A DNA stretch of 64,000 nucleotides. Origin: Hypanus sabinus (taxonomy: Eukaryota). How positions within the stretch are numbered: the first letter of the stretch is position 1; the number at the start of each line of letters is the position of its first letter. A model generated the notes under the pieces. It ran no database searches. It worked only from the letters and a program-made list of their open reading frames with translations, and was not told the DNA's origin. Positions 12,240 to 23,669 of this stretch are shown one piece after another. The position numbers and the translations under genes were made by a program. The stretch spans positions 19,220,001 through 19,284,000 of the forward strand of contig NC_082722.1 in the NCBI RefSeq assembly GCF_030144855.1, given 5' to 3'.

Positions 12240-14999
12240 CTGTGAAAAGATTTCAAAATCAGTGGTTAATCGAAAATCCTTTGAGTTGAACACATTGAAT
12301 CAAAAAGTGTAAAACAGATTAGTGATGCTCAGATAAGTTATCAATTTTAGATTTCTGCTGTTTTACACAAAATTTCTGTCAAGGTTTTTTTTAAAAATTC
12401 CCTTTTTGATTCATATTGTATTACAACTCCAACAGCCTGTGTTATCCCACTGAAAACGAACGTTTTTTTTTCCTTACTTGAAATAAACTTCAAAAAAATC
12501 AAGTTGGGAGTGTCGGTAACTACTTGGAGCCGCAGCTATATACAAAATATTTGTCTAACTCAAAATATTAGCGAATATTTGTGTTATATGTGTCTGATTG
12601 CTGCAAACTCTTCAGTCTATAGATTTAACGCTGTTTTCTCAGTCACACTTGCCAACTTAACTTCAAATGCACACAGACACTGTCATCAGTGTATGCCGCA
12701 TACTTTGTTCATTCATGCCCTCGTGTTACTATTTAGTCACAGTTCGGTATTTCCATGAATAACACTAATGTTCGGTTGGTTCAGTGATCCTCGGTTATTA
12801 TCAGATATTAGTGTGCATTATGGAGCTGATAATTTGTTTGGAAAAGATGACATTAATCCTTCCTCGTTTTCAAATTAGATACGAAATTAAATTCATAAAA
12901 GCGAGGGTGAAATATAATCTCGAGCGATCCTGCAGATGCTAAAAATCTTGAGAAATGCAAAAAATTGATGATGCAATTCATTACGTAAGGCAGCAGATAT
13001 GAAGTTAAATAAACTGTAGATGTTTCTGACCGAAACGCTTTATCTGGACAGTAAAAGGAGTCAGAAGCCGGAACAAGAAGGTGGGGAAGGAATACAAGAT
13101 GTCAGCTGATAGGAGAAACCAGCTTGGTAAGAAGGTGTGTGGATGATGGGGGATAGAATGACGTAGAGGCTGGGAGGTGATGAGTGGAAAAGGTAAAGGG
13201 TGCAAGAAGGAATCTGATTGGAGGAGATAGTGGATCCTGGAAGAATTGGAAGGAGTGGAGGCGATGGGCAGTTGGGGAGAAGAGAAGAGGTGAACGGGAG
13301 CCAGAATTGGGAATAGAGGGAAAAGAGAAGGGGAAGATGAAATATTTCAAAAGTTGGAGATCTCAACGTTTATGCCGTCAGGATGGAGTCCACCCGCAAG
13401 GAAGAAAATGGTGATGCTATTTCGAGGGTGTTCAGTTGTAAATGGTAACAGGATCATTTTCGGAGAAAGGGGGTGAGCTCTGCATTTTGGTATAACGTCA
13501 AATGTCTGCTCAAGTTTATAAAACAGCCTCCTTTGTGATATATATGTTTTGCGTGGCACGGTAGCGTAGCGGCTTTGACAGATCCAGGTTAAATTCCCGT
13601 CCTTGACTAAATGTTTTGTTTGTACGTCTTCCCGTAACCGTATGATTCACTTCGGGCGCTCTGACTTGCTCCACATTCCAAAGACGAACGGCTGAGTATG
13701 CTAATTTGTCACATGGGTATCACAGAGCGGTATGAACTAGTTGGGCCTCACGGCTCAGTTACAATGCTATATCTCAAAACCAAATTAAAATGTTATTCAC
13801 AATAACCTGTCTGCTTTACCTGAGATTAGATAATACGCATTTCTTGCCGTCAATCTTTGCGAAATCCTTTGCTCTCCCTCATATTTAGTGATTCACAGGC
13901 AGTGGCGTGCTCAACAGATACTTGATTAACCTGCTAGAGGAACACATTTAATACTGCTAACTGGTACATAGGTCAGTCACTATGAACATAAAACTAATCA
14001 CAGAAAAAGATCAAAAACGGTTGGAATGACATTTAGTCTGCGTGCAAAGTTATTGCCCGTATATTATACCAGGTGGGATACTAAATCCATTTCTAGCTGT
14101 AAATCGCTACCTTTACTTTAGATTTCAAAACAACCAGTTAAAACCTTCCTATCAGTCGACGGGTTTCTCAGTTTTGGCCATCTCTTTTGCTTCATCTCCG
14201 TTGTCATATCCCTTACGTTCCCTTAATTTTTGTGCATGAACTTTATCCCATCCGTTTGTCTTACGCACCATGTCAAATAATTTTAATGACCAGATTTTGT
14301 CCCCACGGTGCAATTAGAAACTGTGCCCCTTCAAACTCGCATTATTTGATTTAAGAATATTAGAACAAATGGCAAGACCTGATGTGCTAACGCAACTAAA
14401 ACAGCAACTATGGGAGAGGCATCATACACGCTGTTGAGCTGATTGGTTTTGCTGGTAAATCAAGTAAATTACAATGAAATAAGTAGAGCAGTTGTACATG
14501 CTCGTTATAATAAATCGTTAAAATAGCATTTGTCTGGCTGAAATAATTACAAAGCACTCCAAGGGAATGAAGCAACATTAAATAAAAAATAATCTTGAAC
14601 GTTCCAGCTTCAACTTAGATATTACTGTCATGTGCAGTCCTTCATTTCGGGAACTGCTACGAGCACTGATGGATGTATTCCCGATTTCTACTATAATAAA
14701 GCCAATATTATATACGATAACATTGTTTTGGTGATGTCGAAAGTTGCTGCAGCAACTATCGTTACGTAAATTAAAAATATGCTCTAAAATTGGGAAGGTG
14801 CATAATGGAACACAAGAAGTCGTTTCCAGTTGTCGACAGATGTGTATACAACCGATAAACATTTTTAAATGCTTACAGGAGAATCCAGGTGCGACAAACT
14901 AAATATCATTGGACCGCTGGAAATCTAAAGTAAAACAGTCAAATAAAACGTATGGTAGACCAGGGCACACGAGAGCAAAGAGAAACAGTTAAAATTTAC

Positions 15000-15836
15000 A
15001 TTGCAAACACGGGGAAATCTGCAGGTGCTGGAAATTCAAGCAACACACACCAAATGCTGGTGGAATGCAACAGGCCAGGCAGCATCTGGAGGAAGAAGCA
15101 CAGTCGACGTTTCGGGCCGACACCCTTCGTCAGGTCCAACTGAACGAAAAGATAGCAAGGGATTTGAAAGTAGGAGGGGAGGGGGAAATCCGAAATGATA
15201 GAAGACGGGAGGGGTGGGGTGAAGCTGAGAGCTGGGAAGGAGATTGGCAAAAGGAATGCAGAGCTGGAAAGGATCATGGGATGGGAGGCTTAGGGAGAAA
15301 GAAACGGGGAGGGGAACACCAGAGGGAGATGGAGAATAGGCAACGAATGATGGGCAGAGAGAGAGAGAGTAACGCAAGGAAGGGAGGGACAAATTAATAT
15401 TCAGGGATGGGGTAAGAAGGAAAGGAGAGGCATTAACATTAATTCCATTAATGCCCCCTCCCTATCTTACCCCATCACTGATTTATTAACTTTTCCTTCC
15501 TTTCCTTTTTTTGCTCTCTCTGCCCATCACACTTTGCCTGCTCTCCATCTCCCTCAGGTGCTCCCCTCCTCTGTTTCTATCGCCCGAGGCCTCCCATCCC
15601 ATGATCCTTTCCAGCTCTGCATTCCTTTTGTCAATCTCCTTTCCAGCTCTCAGCTCCACCCTACACCCTCCAGTCTTCTCCGATCATTTTGCACTTCCCC
15701 CTCCCCCTCCTACTTTCAAATCTCTTACTATCTTTTCTTTCAATTAGACCTGACGAACGGTGTCTGCCGGAAACGTCAACTGCACGGCTTCTTATAGATG
15801 CTGTTGCGTTCCATCAGCACTTTGTGTGTGTTGCTT
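15000..15836. mobile_element. Inverted pair of Penelope-like termini forming an ~800 bp palindrome
   Basis: 15036-15435 is the reverse complement of ~15452-15836; the ORF track shows mirror peptides (MILSSSAFLL...). Confidence 0.85.
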
Positions 15837-16216
15837 CGTTACTTTTTACCTTGCTTACTGTTCGGCAGATCAAATGTATCACACATTACCAATTTATTCG
15901 TGCATGTACTGTACTTTCCCATTGTCCAGGCAACTGTGATTCTCCTAAACCAGCATTTAGTAGTTTCTCACAGTTTCAGATATTTACTGAATTGTTCGGC
16001 AAGACAACTGACATTCCAACGGTAAATATTTCCGTTCGCCTTCCAATCAAACCGGCTATGAACTAATGTGGGAAAACTTGAAAGGATACAGCAAGCAGAT
16101 GCAACGGGAACATTCAAATAAATCTTGGATATATACTCAAAAATAAATATTTTACGGGGTAAATGGTTGTATTTTCCTAACTCTGCTCCGAAGAGTTATG
16201 TAATAAAATAAATTCA

Positions 16217-16317
16217 TTATATCTTTTCTCTGCGAATATCTCGTTCTGAAACAAGTCGAGTCGCTTCACCTATCGGATCTTCTTTCTGATATCCATCGAA
16301 AGAATTTGTGTTACTCC
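16217..16317 (-). pseudogene. Orphan paralogous cytoplasmic exon; donor GT mutated to AT; read-through gives GSNTNSFDGYQKEDP-IGEATRLVSERDIRREKI*
   Basis: Acceptor ttttctgaag| is intact. CCG|ataggt replaces CCG|gtaggt of the intact gene. In-frame TAA at 16217-16219. Confidence 0.6.
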
Positions 16318-16931
16318 CTTCAGAAAAGAAATGATTTACATTGCAAACATTGTACGTTATTCATTCGACACGAATCGAATTAATCGTGTAAGTGTAACTG
16401 CTGAATAATTGGTTGGTAACAGTCGTTGCTAACCCTAATATACTGTGTTTTGCATTAACCTGGTGCTATGCTCAAAAGGATTTGATATTCAACGAGGCTG
16501 CAAATATGATAATAGCATAACAGCGGCGGTACCGTATTTAAGTATGGCAACCAAAATGGAAATTAAAAACAAGGAGACGCAGATAAGTTGGTTAATGTTC
16601 TTTACACAACCAGGGGGAGTTGAGATAAACGTAAAGTCGTTTCCGTTACAAACTACGGACCTGCCACTGTATTAACAAAAGATATTTCCAAAGGGATATA
16701 ACAGCATTCGTAAATCAGATATAACATGCTTCCAGTGGACTAGTGAAATAGTTGAACTTTATGATCAAGCATGCATCGTGCTAGAATATTATCACTGAAA
16801 TCCGTCTTCGAAAATGGCGATCCATGTCCAATCATTCTGTAAATGTCATTTACTGTTTTGAAGTTAAATGCCATTAACGCTGCTATTTTGTACGAATAGA
16901 GGTGATGTTTCTCAGCGATCAGTGTTCTTAC

Positions 16932-17030
16932 CATGCGATATCTTTAACTGGAGTATCAGCAAAACTATTACCAGAATTAAAATTACCGATCCGCCCACTG
17001 CACATCTGAGAATCAATAAGCAATCAGCGC
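16932..17030 (-). CDS. Orphan paralogous TM exon with Arg in the TM (ADCLLILRCAVGGSVILILVIVLLILQLKISH)
   Basis: Intact caag| acceptor and CATG|gtaag donor. 99 nt, an in-frame 6-nt shortening relative to 44098-44202. No upstream V or C1 exon recognised in 17.1-39 kb. Confidence 0.75.
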
Positions 17031-18914
17031 CTTGAAAAAGAAACAGTGAAGCGTTTATACATCTGAAAACAAATCCAGGCATGGGAATCAACAATGCAAA
17101 CTATTATATAGGGGCCTTTCAAATCTCACTATGCACTGATAGGAAAATGACAGAATATACAGTATAGAACAAAGAAATCTGCTTTAGTTTCTCCAGACAC
17201 ATACGAACTATTTACTAAGACTAAGAATAGGCTCGGCTGCTTTTTCCTATTCTTGTCTTGACAATAGATATCAGTACAACTATTGAAAGTGTAATCCCCT
17301 AACCTATTACAAGTCTGATCTCCATTCAACCTTCTACGTCATGTCTGTCATTAACACTCTTCAGTACGATCAAAACTCTATAGCTAACTTGTAAACTCGT
17401 CAAAAGAGTCGTGGTGCAGAAACAAATCGCTTCCGGATTATATGCAAGAAATTACTCGCTAAATTCATGAGATTATAACACTGTACGCGCTAAGCCTCCT
17501 GAATGTACAGTTACATATTAAACGTATTTTCCCACTTATGTTTTCCACAGCTTTACGGAAGCTTAATGGAAAATTAATGGAAAACTGCATAATGAAAACA
17601 TAGATAAACACGAGTCATCCATTTGAACTGTGTTGCCCACTATTATTGGAAGGGATTACACAGAGACTGAGTTTTGTCAAAGTCAAAGTCTGTTTACAGT
17701 TTCGCACCCTATGTATTCGATCCAGGTGGCAATTAAGTGTCACGCATTGGTGTTCAGGATTTCTTACCTTGATTCTGATTTTGCCCCATGCCCGCATTTT
17801 TCCGGTAAAACTATATCAATTAAATACACCTTCACTCACCAGTTGATGGCTTCCCCCTTTGTTATGTCACTATGCGATTTAGAGTTTAAGTTTTGCTTTG
17901 TCTCATCTTTGACAGATGTTCGGAATTTTGTTACCTGACGCGAACCACACGAAATCAATTTCTTAATTAATTCTACACGATTTAAACTGAGGGTATAAGA
18001 CATTTGTTTGTAAGCACCATTCACATTGAATGCCTAACTTTAGATTCTATTATTGGGCAATTAATATTCAATATTTAACCTTTCCGACAAAAGATTTGGA
18101 TGAGATTCAGTGTCCAAGTTGAGTGAAACCTCGAGTGCGAGTCTGTACAGGGTTCTATTTGGCTTCTATTTTAGGGGCCTCGCTTCCCTTTGCACTTACT
18201 AAAGTGAATAAACAACCCGCTAATCCAATAACTAAACATGCAATACGAATATGGGTTCAATTTCGTAAATTTTTGGATTGAATAAATTTCTCCTATTGAG
18301 TCTTATTATATCCAATTTTTCTTCAGAACTGATCAAGCTTTTCTTTTATGGAAAATGAAGAGGATAACATGTTTTGCTGATTTATTCATGGATAATTGTC
18401 TCAATTTTTCTGAACTGTTTTCTAATGAGTATAATTTGCCGAGATCACATTTTTCAGATATTTACAGTTTAGAATCTTCTTGAATGCTATTTTAGCTACT
18501 TTTCCAATACCACATCAAACTGAAATTACAGGGAAAAATTAGGTTTAAACCTCTATCAGAAGTGTTTAATAGCAATTATTTATGATCTGATTGCGAAGAT
18601 ACGTCTTGGTGCATCAGTATAATATAGGATTAATGCGTGATTTATATAATTGATGCTTGATGGGAGGGATTGACGAGGTCGCGCAAATGTGTTCTGTGCA
18701 CGCATAACTTATTCCAGTAAGACAGCAGAGTATTCTCCCATTTCGGCCTCAAGTAAAGAAACAAGGACAGGAAACAATTGTCCCACTCATATAAAATTAC
18801 TTTGTGTGAAAAAAATACCCGCCTGACCTTTGGAGGATAGAGCAATATCTTCCTATTGGTTAATAGAAGGGAATGATGAGAATCACAGTCGAGAGTAAAA
18901 CAAAGTACATATGT

Positions 18915-19500
18915 GTTATCAGCTTAAAATATACCTTACAAACATTGGCTAGATTGTATTTAAGTCCTCAAATGTTTGTAAATTGAAATTTATTCACTGA
19001 TAAAAATGGTGTTTGATCTGTTTGAAAGTATTGATATCTATGAAAAACGTTTCTTTTTTTTTTACAAATTTTAACTACAATTTTTGTTTTCATTTTGGAA
19101 GATATAGGAATTTTTGAACATTACGAAAAAATAATTAGCTGTTTGAATCGTTTTGGATTTGACAGTTCCAGTTAACTCTGAAGGACATTGAACTGATTTT
19201 CTCAAGAGGATTGTGTCGGACTATTCGGCAAACCACACGAATTGTGCGATATTTGACTAATACCGTGTGCACGGGTTTATCACATAAAATCTTTCCCCAG
19301 CCATCAGGAACGTTGTCATACTTAAGAAATACTTACAGGCATATTGAAAGGATTGCAAATTCCACTGTACCTGTACTATAACGCGAAAGGTGTTCCGTAG
19401 TGCAGGGAGAATCAAAGAGTGGGAAGGAAAATCAATCCCTTAATTTGTAACCATTCATTGGGCGATCAATCGGAAACGTTAGATCTGTTTCTCTGACCCT
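18915..19500. repeat. Old duplicate of the gene's 3' flank at 38765-39300
   Basis: Colinear conserved words (gatttgacag..agttaac, cacgaatt, agccatc.gga.cgttg, gcaaattccac, tataacg.gaaagg), about two-thirds identity by eye. Confidence 0.7.
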
Positions 19501-19859
19501 GACGCTCTATGATCAACTAACTCTTAATCTCCATGTTTCCTCTATTTTTTGCGGACATCACTTTTTTTTTGGTGAAAATGTTGCTGCTGTTATCCAGAAA
19601 TTACCGTGGTATCTAACCTTATATCCATTCCTATGGTCTTGTATTACCTCATTCAAGTCTTTGAAAACAAAGTGAGTTTTTGGGTCCAAGACCAAAAATA
19701 CTTCAGCATGCTGTGTGCCCCTTCTTCATCCTCTCAGCGACAGCAATTGAAGCAATTCTTCGTCAGACACAGCTCATTATCTTTAGCTCCCAGTGTTCCC
19801 ATTTTCAGCTAATATCGGATATTTTCTCGAAGGACAGATAAAAGAGCATTGATACCAGT

Positions 19860-20565
19860 AACGCAACAGATTCTGCAAATTCTGGAAATCCAGAGCAACA
19901 CACACAAGGTGAACTCAGAAGACCAGGCAGCATCCATGGAAATTAATGGAAGGTCAACGCTTCGGTCCGAGTCCCTTCATTCGGATTCGAAAGGAGGAGG
20001 GAAGATTGCAGAATAAAAAGGCGGTGAAAAGAAACACATTTTCGAAGGTAATTGTTGAAGCCAGGTTGAGTGGGCTTTGGGGGTTGGGGGAGTGGAGCGT
20101 GTGCAGTTGGGCGGTGGGATGACTTAAGAAGCTGGGAGATAAGAGGTACAAAATGCAAAGAGCTGGAGAATAAGGAGACTCTTAGCAAAGGAGAGTAGAC
20201 TACAGGGGAAAAGGAAGGAAGTTGGACATTAGCGAAAGTTATCGGCCGAAGAGCAGAGGACAGAGGTGGGAACAGAAGAGAGACGTGGGGGGAAAAAGAC
20301 TTGAAGTAGAAGTGGATGCTCGTGTCTTTCAGTTGAAGGATACCTAGACTGAATCCGAATTGTTGCTCGCCCACCCTGAGAGTGGCCTCACGAAGGCGTC
20401 AGAAGAGAACATGAATCATTCTGTCGGAAACTGAATGGACAGAATCATTGGCCACGAGAAAATTCAGCACGCGTTTTGAGATGAACTGCAGGTGCTTGAA
20501 AAAGTGGTGTTCAGTTTACGATGAGCCTCACCAATGTAGAGGAGGCCGCATCGGTAGCTCTGGCA
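19860..20565 (-). mobile_element. Penelope-like element 3' part with GIY-YIG remnant
   Basis: Minus strand RCGLLYIGEA and RVGEQQFGFSLGILQ. Confidence 0.7.
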
Positions 20566-21229
20566 ACGTCGCTCATGATGTAACCGTTCAAGCTTGGAAG
20601 ATTGTCAGCAATCGATAGGCTTAAAGATTAAAACTTAAAACTCGGTTTTATTTAACATTGTGATGAAGCTTCTCTTTATTTTCTTTCCAGAAGGCACACG
20701 CAGTAGAATCGAAACACGGATATCACAGAAAAACATTAGACCCATTCAGTTGCGAGGAAGAGGCTTTGCAGTCACTGTATATATAAAAAAATCATTGTCT
20801 GTAACCTAAAGGTCGAGCTTTAAAAAAAGCCAACAGTCCTCAAATCGATTTTTGAAACACGTGTAAATTTTAAACATGAAGGCTTTCCATGATACTAACA
20901 GGGGGCCCGATGGTGTGTTTCTATTCTCTGCTATTTGTAATTTCCTGTTAACCTGAACGAGGAGTTCGCTGTAGATCTTCAGCTGAAAGAAAACATTGAA
21001 TCCTGGAATGCATCACGGAAGAGGGCTTTTCCACCCGTTTCTTCCATTCAGAACGAAATATTTACGTAGCCGTTCTTATACCTGCCTCCAACACGGTCCC
21101 ACTTCCTCTAACATTTTCCTACCGTCCTCTGTCTGAAAACCATGCCGTGCCCAGCTCCCCTTTAAATACTTTCTCTCTCAGTTCATAACTATGTCTTCTA
21201 GATTTGGATTTCCTGTCTTGAAAAATTGG

Positions 21230-21900
21230 CTCTGAGCATCTGGCATATTAATATCCGTAACAACTGTTAGTTTTTTTTTCAAATTCATAAGGTTATCCCT
21301 CAGTCACCTGTAATCCAGAGTAAACAGTCCATGTCTATCCAATCTCTGTGTGCCACTAAAGCCTTGCATCCCAGGCAATGCCCCAGAGCATCTCTTTTGC
21401 AATCGTCCTAACTCTACTGCCTGCTATTTGTAGTGACCAGAATAGCACACGTCACTCCATGATCGGCCTTGCCATTGTCCATTGGTGCAACATGGCCCAG
21501 TTCCTGTCAATATTCTGCCAAGAGTGCAATGAGGCTAAACGCCTTCTTATCTGGTTCCTGGTCTAGTTGTTACATGAATCCTAAAATCCCCTTGTGCATC
21601 AGCACTTCTGATATCCCTACAGTATATCCAGTCATTACTAATGGCAGACCAAATGATAAGTACAAGAGATTCTGAAATCTAGAGTAACAAACACAAAATG
21701 CTGGAGGAACTCAGCAGGTCAAGCGCCATTTCTGACAGGGGCTCGCAACCTCTGTTAATGGTGGGGGTCCGTGTCATAAAAAGGTTGAAACCTCTGTTAT
21801 ATGGAGAGGTATAAACAATCAACGTTTCGGGTCGTGACCCTTCATCAGTCTTCGAAGAAGATATGCCCTTGATTAGGCTGGTTGCTTGCAGCACAGACCA
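21230..21900. mobile_element. Decayed CR1 fragment plus Penelope-like terminus
   Basis: ctatccaatct..gcatcccaggc CR1-like remnant; acacaaaatgctggaggaactcagc motif at 21690. Confidence 0.5.
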
Positions 21901-23669
21901 ACAATTGCTCCAACCAGGAAGTTTTGCCATGTCTTGTAAAAGGATTATGTACGGATTGGCGATTTATTAACAATGATCTACCGAGTTCTGTTCTGAGCTT
22001 AACGTTACAAATTCTAACAGCATTGCAACTTGAAACACTGACAATGTAAATGCGTTGAAGCTCTAAAACGTTACACAGAAATGATTGTGGTACGTTTATT
22101 ATCTGGAAAACATATGGATTATATATATTTGAACACATTTAATTACCGGGTATTGCACAATTATTTTTACATGGATTTTAAAATTATATTAGCAACGTGT
22201 GTGGGAGTGCTTCAGTTACCACGCGGGGGCGCACCCGCTCAGTTCAGAGGGGACAGTGTCGGCAAGTGTTTCCAGACCACATAGATGGGAGGCTGGATTC
22301 CTGATGATCTGAACCGTGTCCATAACCTTCTTCATTATTGATGTCTTATGCACCCTCCAACTCTCAACACTTTGGGTATTATAGTTGAATCGAAACTTAC
22401 ATATTGCTTTGAATCATGATAAAGTTACATCTTGCTGTACAAATCTACACGTTGTGTTCATTACAGGCGAGACTAACACCTCTCTGGAGAAAACCTCTTC
22501 ATATAGAATCGTCGACAGAGATTCGTCCAGAGGCGGAGGTAAAAAAATTTGCTGAGGAAAAACGATACCTCTGATCATCATGCAGAAACGGTACGCTGTG
22601 AATAAACAATGTTATTTCAATCCGCCATCTGTATGATCCATCCACAAAGTGCAAAGTACAAAGTTGGCCACTGGGGTCTCACTGCCCTCGCACCTGCATT
22701 CAGATTTGTAAATATAGTACGGACCCTGGTAAGATCACTTATTTCTTGTTTTCTTCTTGTAGTATTGGCATCGAGTCACTTAGTTATTTGGCCGCACAAT
22801 TATAATATTTATTACACATTATTCTTTGACCTGTATTTTTCTCCTTTTGAGTCTATTAAGTTAAGTAACATCTAAGACATTGATGGGGTTACCGGAGAAA
22901 ATAATTCAGGAAGCATACATTTCAAAATAATATTTATTAAAATGTGTAATATTCATGCGTGAATGGGCGCTCCAACAGGAACATATATTGAAATACACAT
23001 TTAATGCAGCCAATGCTTCTCAAATTTGCTTTTCCATAGAGTTCATTATGAAACAATTGCTAGAAGTGGGTTTGGCAAAATTGTGCACTCACGTGCTTGT
23101 CTATCATTTTTATCAAGTTCTAGTCATTTTGTATGCAAGGTATTCTACAGTGCTAGCAAATAATGCTACAGGGTTGAAACGACGGTTAAGTGAGCTGACA
23201 ATGAATACGTTAGGAAACACACTATAGAAAAAGATCAATAGCACTTCACATTTGCTTGCTGAATTGGTCTGCTTTTGTGACTTTGCGATTAAAAGAAATG
23301 TCGATCGGCTGTTTGAGTGTTTTCTTCATCGGTGGATGAGAAATGAATAAGAAAGATAGGAGTACAAAAATCCTGTCAATTAGTAATAAGTTATGACATT
23401 CGGCACTTTTACTTGAATGTAGAAATAGAAACAATATTTATGAGTGGAATGGTCGAAAGGATTTGTGAAGCAAAGTGACCTGGGTGAACGAAGCCAATGA
23501 ATGATTCGGGACGGGCAACCTACCCCTGCCAGTCGTCATTCAGGCAAATCTTCAAGCAGCAAGTGGACAGAAGGGGTCACAGGAAGGCGAGAATACAAGG
23601 ATGTAGATCAAGACAATCAGCCATTAGACTGACGGTGGGGTCTGCTCCACCATTTCTTGCTCAGACAGT

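Larger units (their letters stand above)
11645..18630. repeat. Segmental duplicate of 39420-45770 (3' half of the receptor gene: TM through 3' UTR)
   Basis: Colinear homology across terminal exon, introns, cytoplasmic and TM exons. It ends at ~18630, where the intact gene has an L1 insertion followed by the C1 region. Confidence 0.92.
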
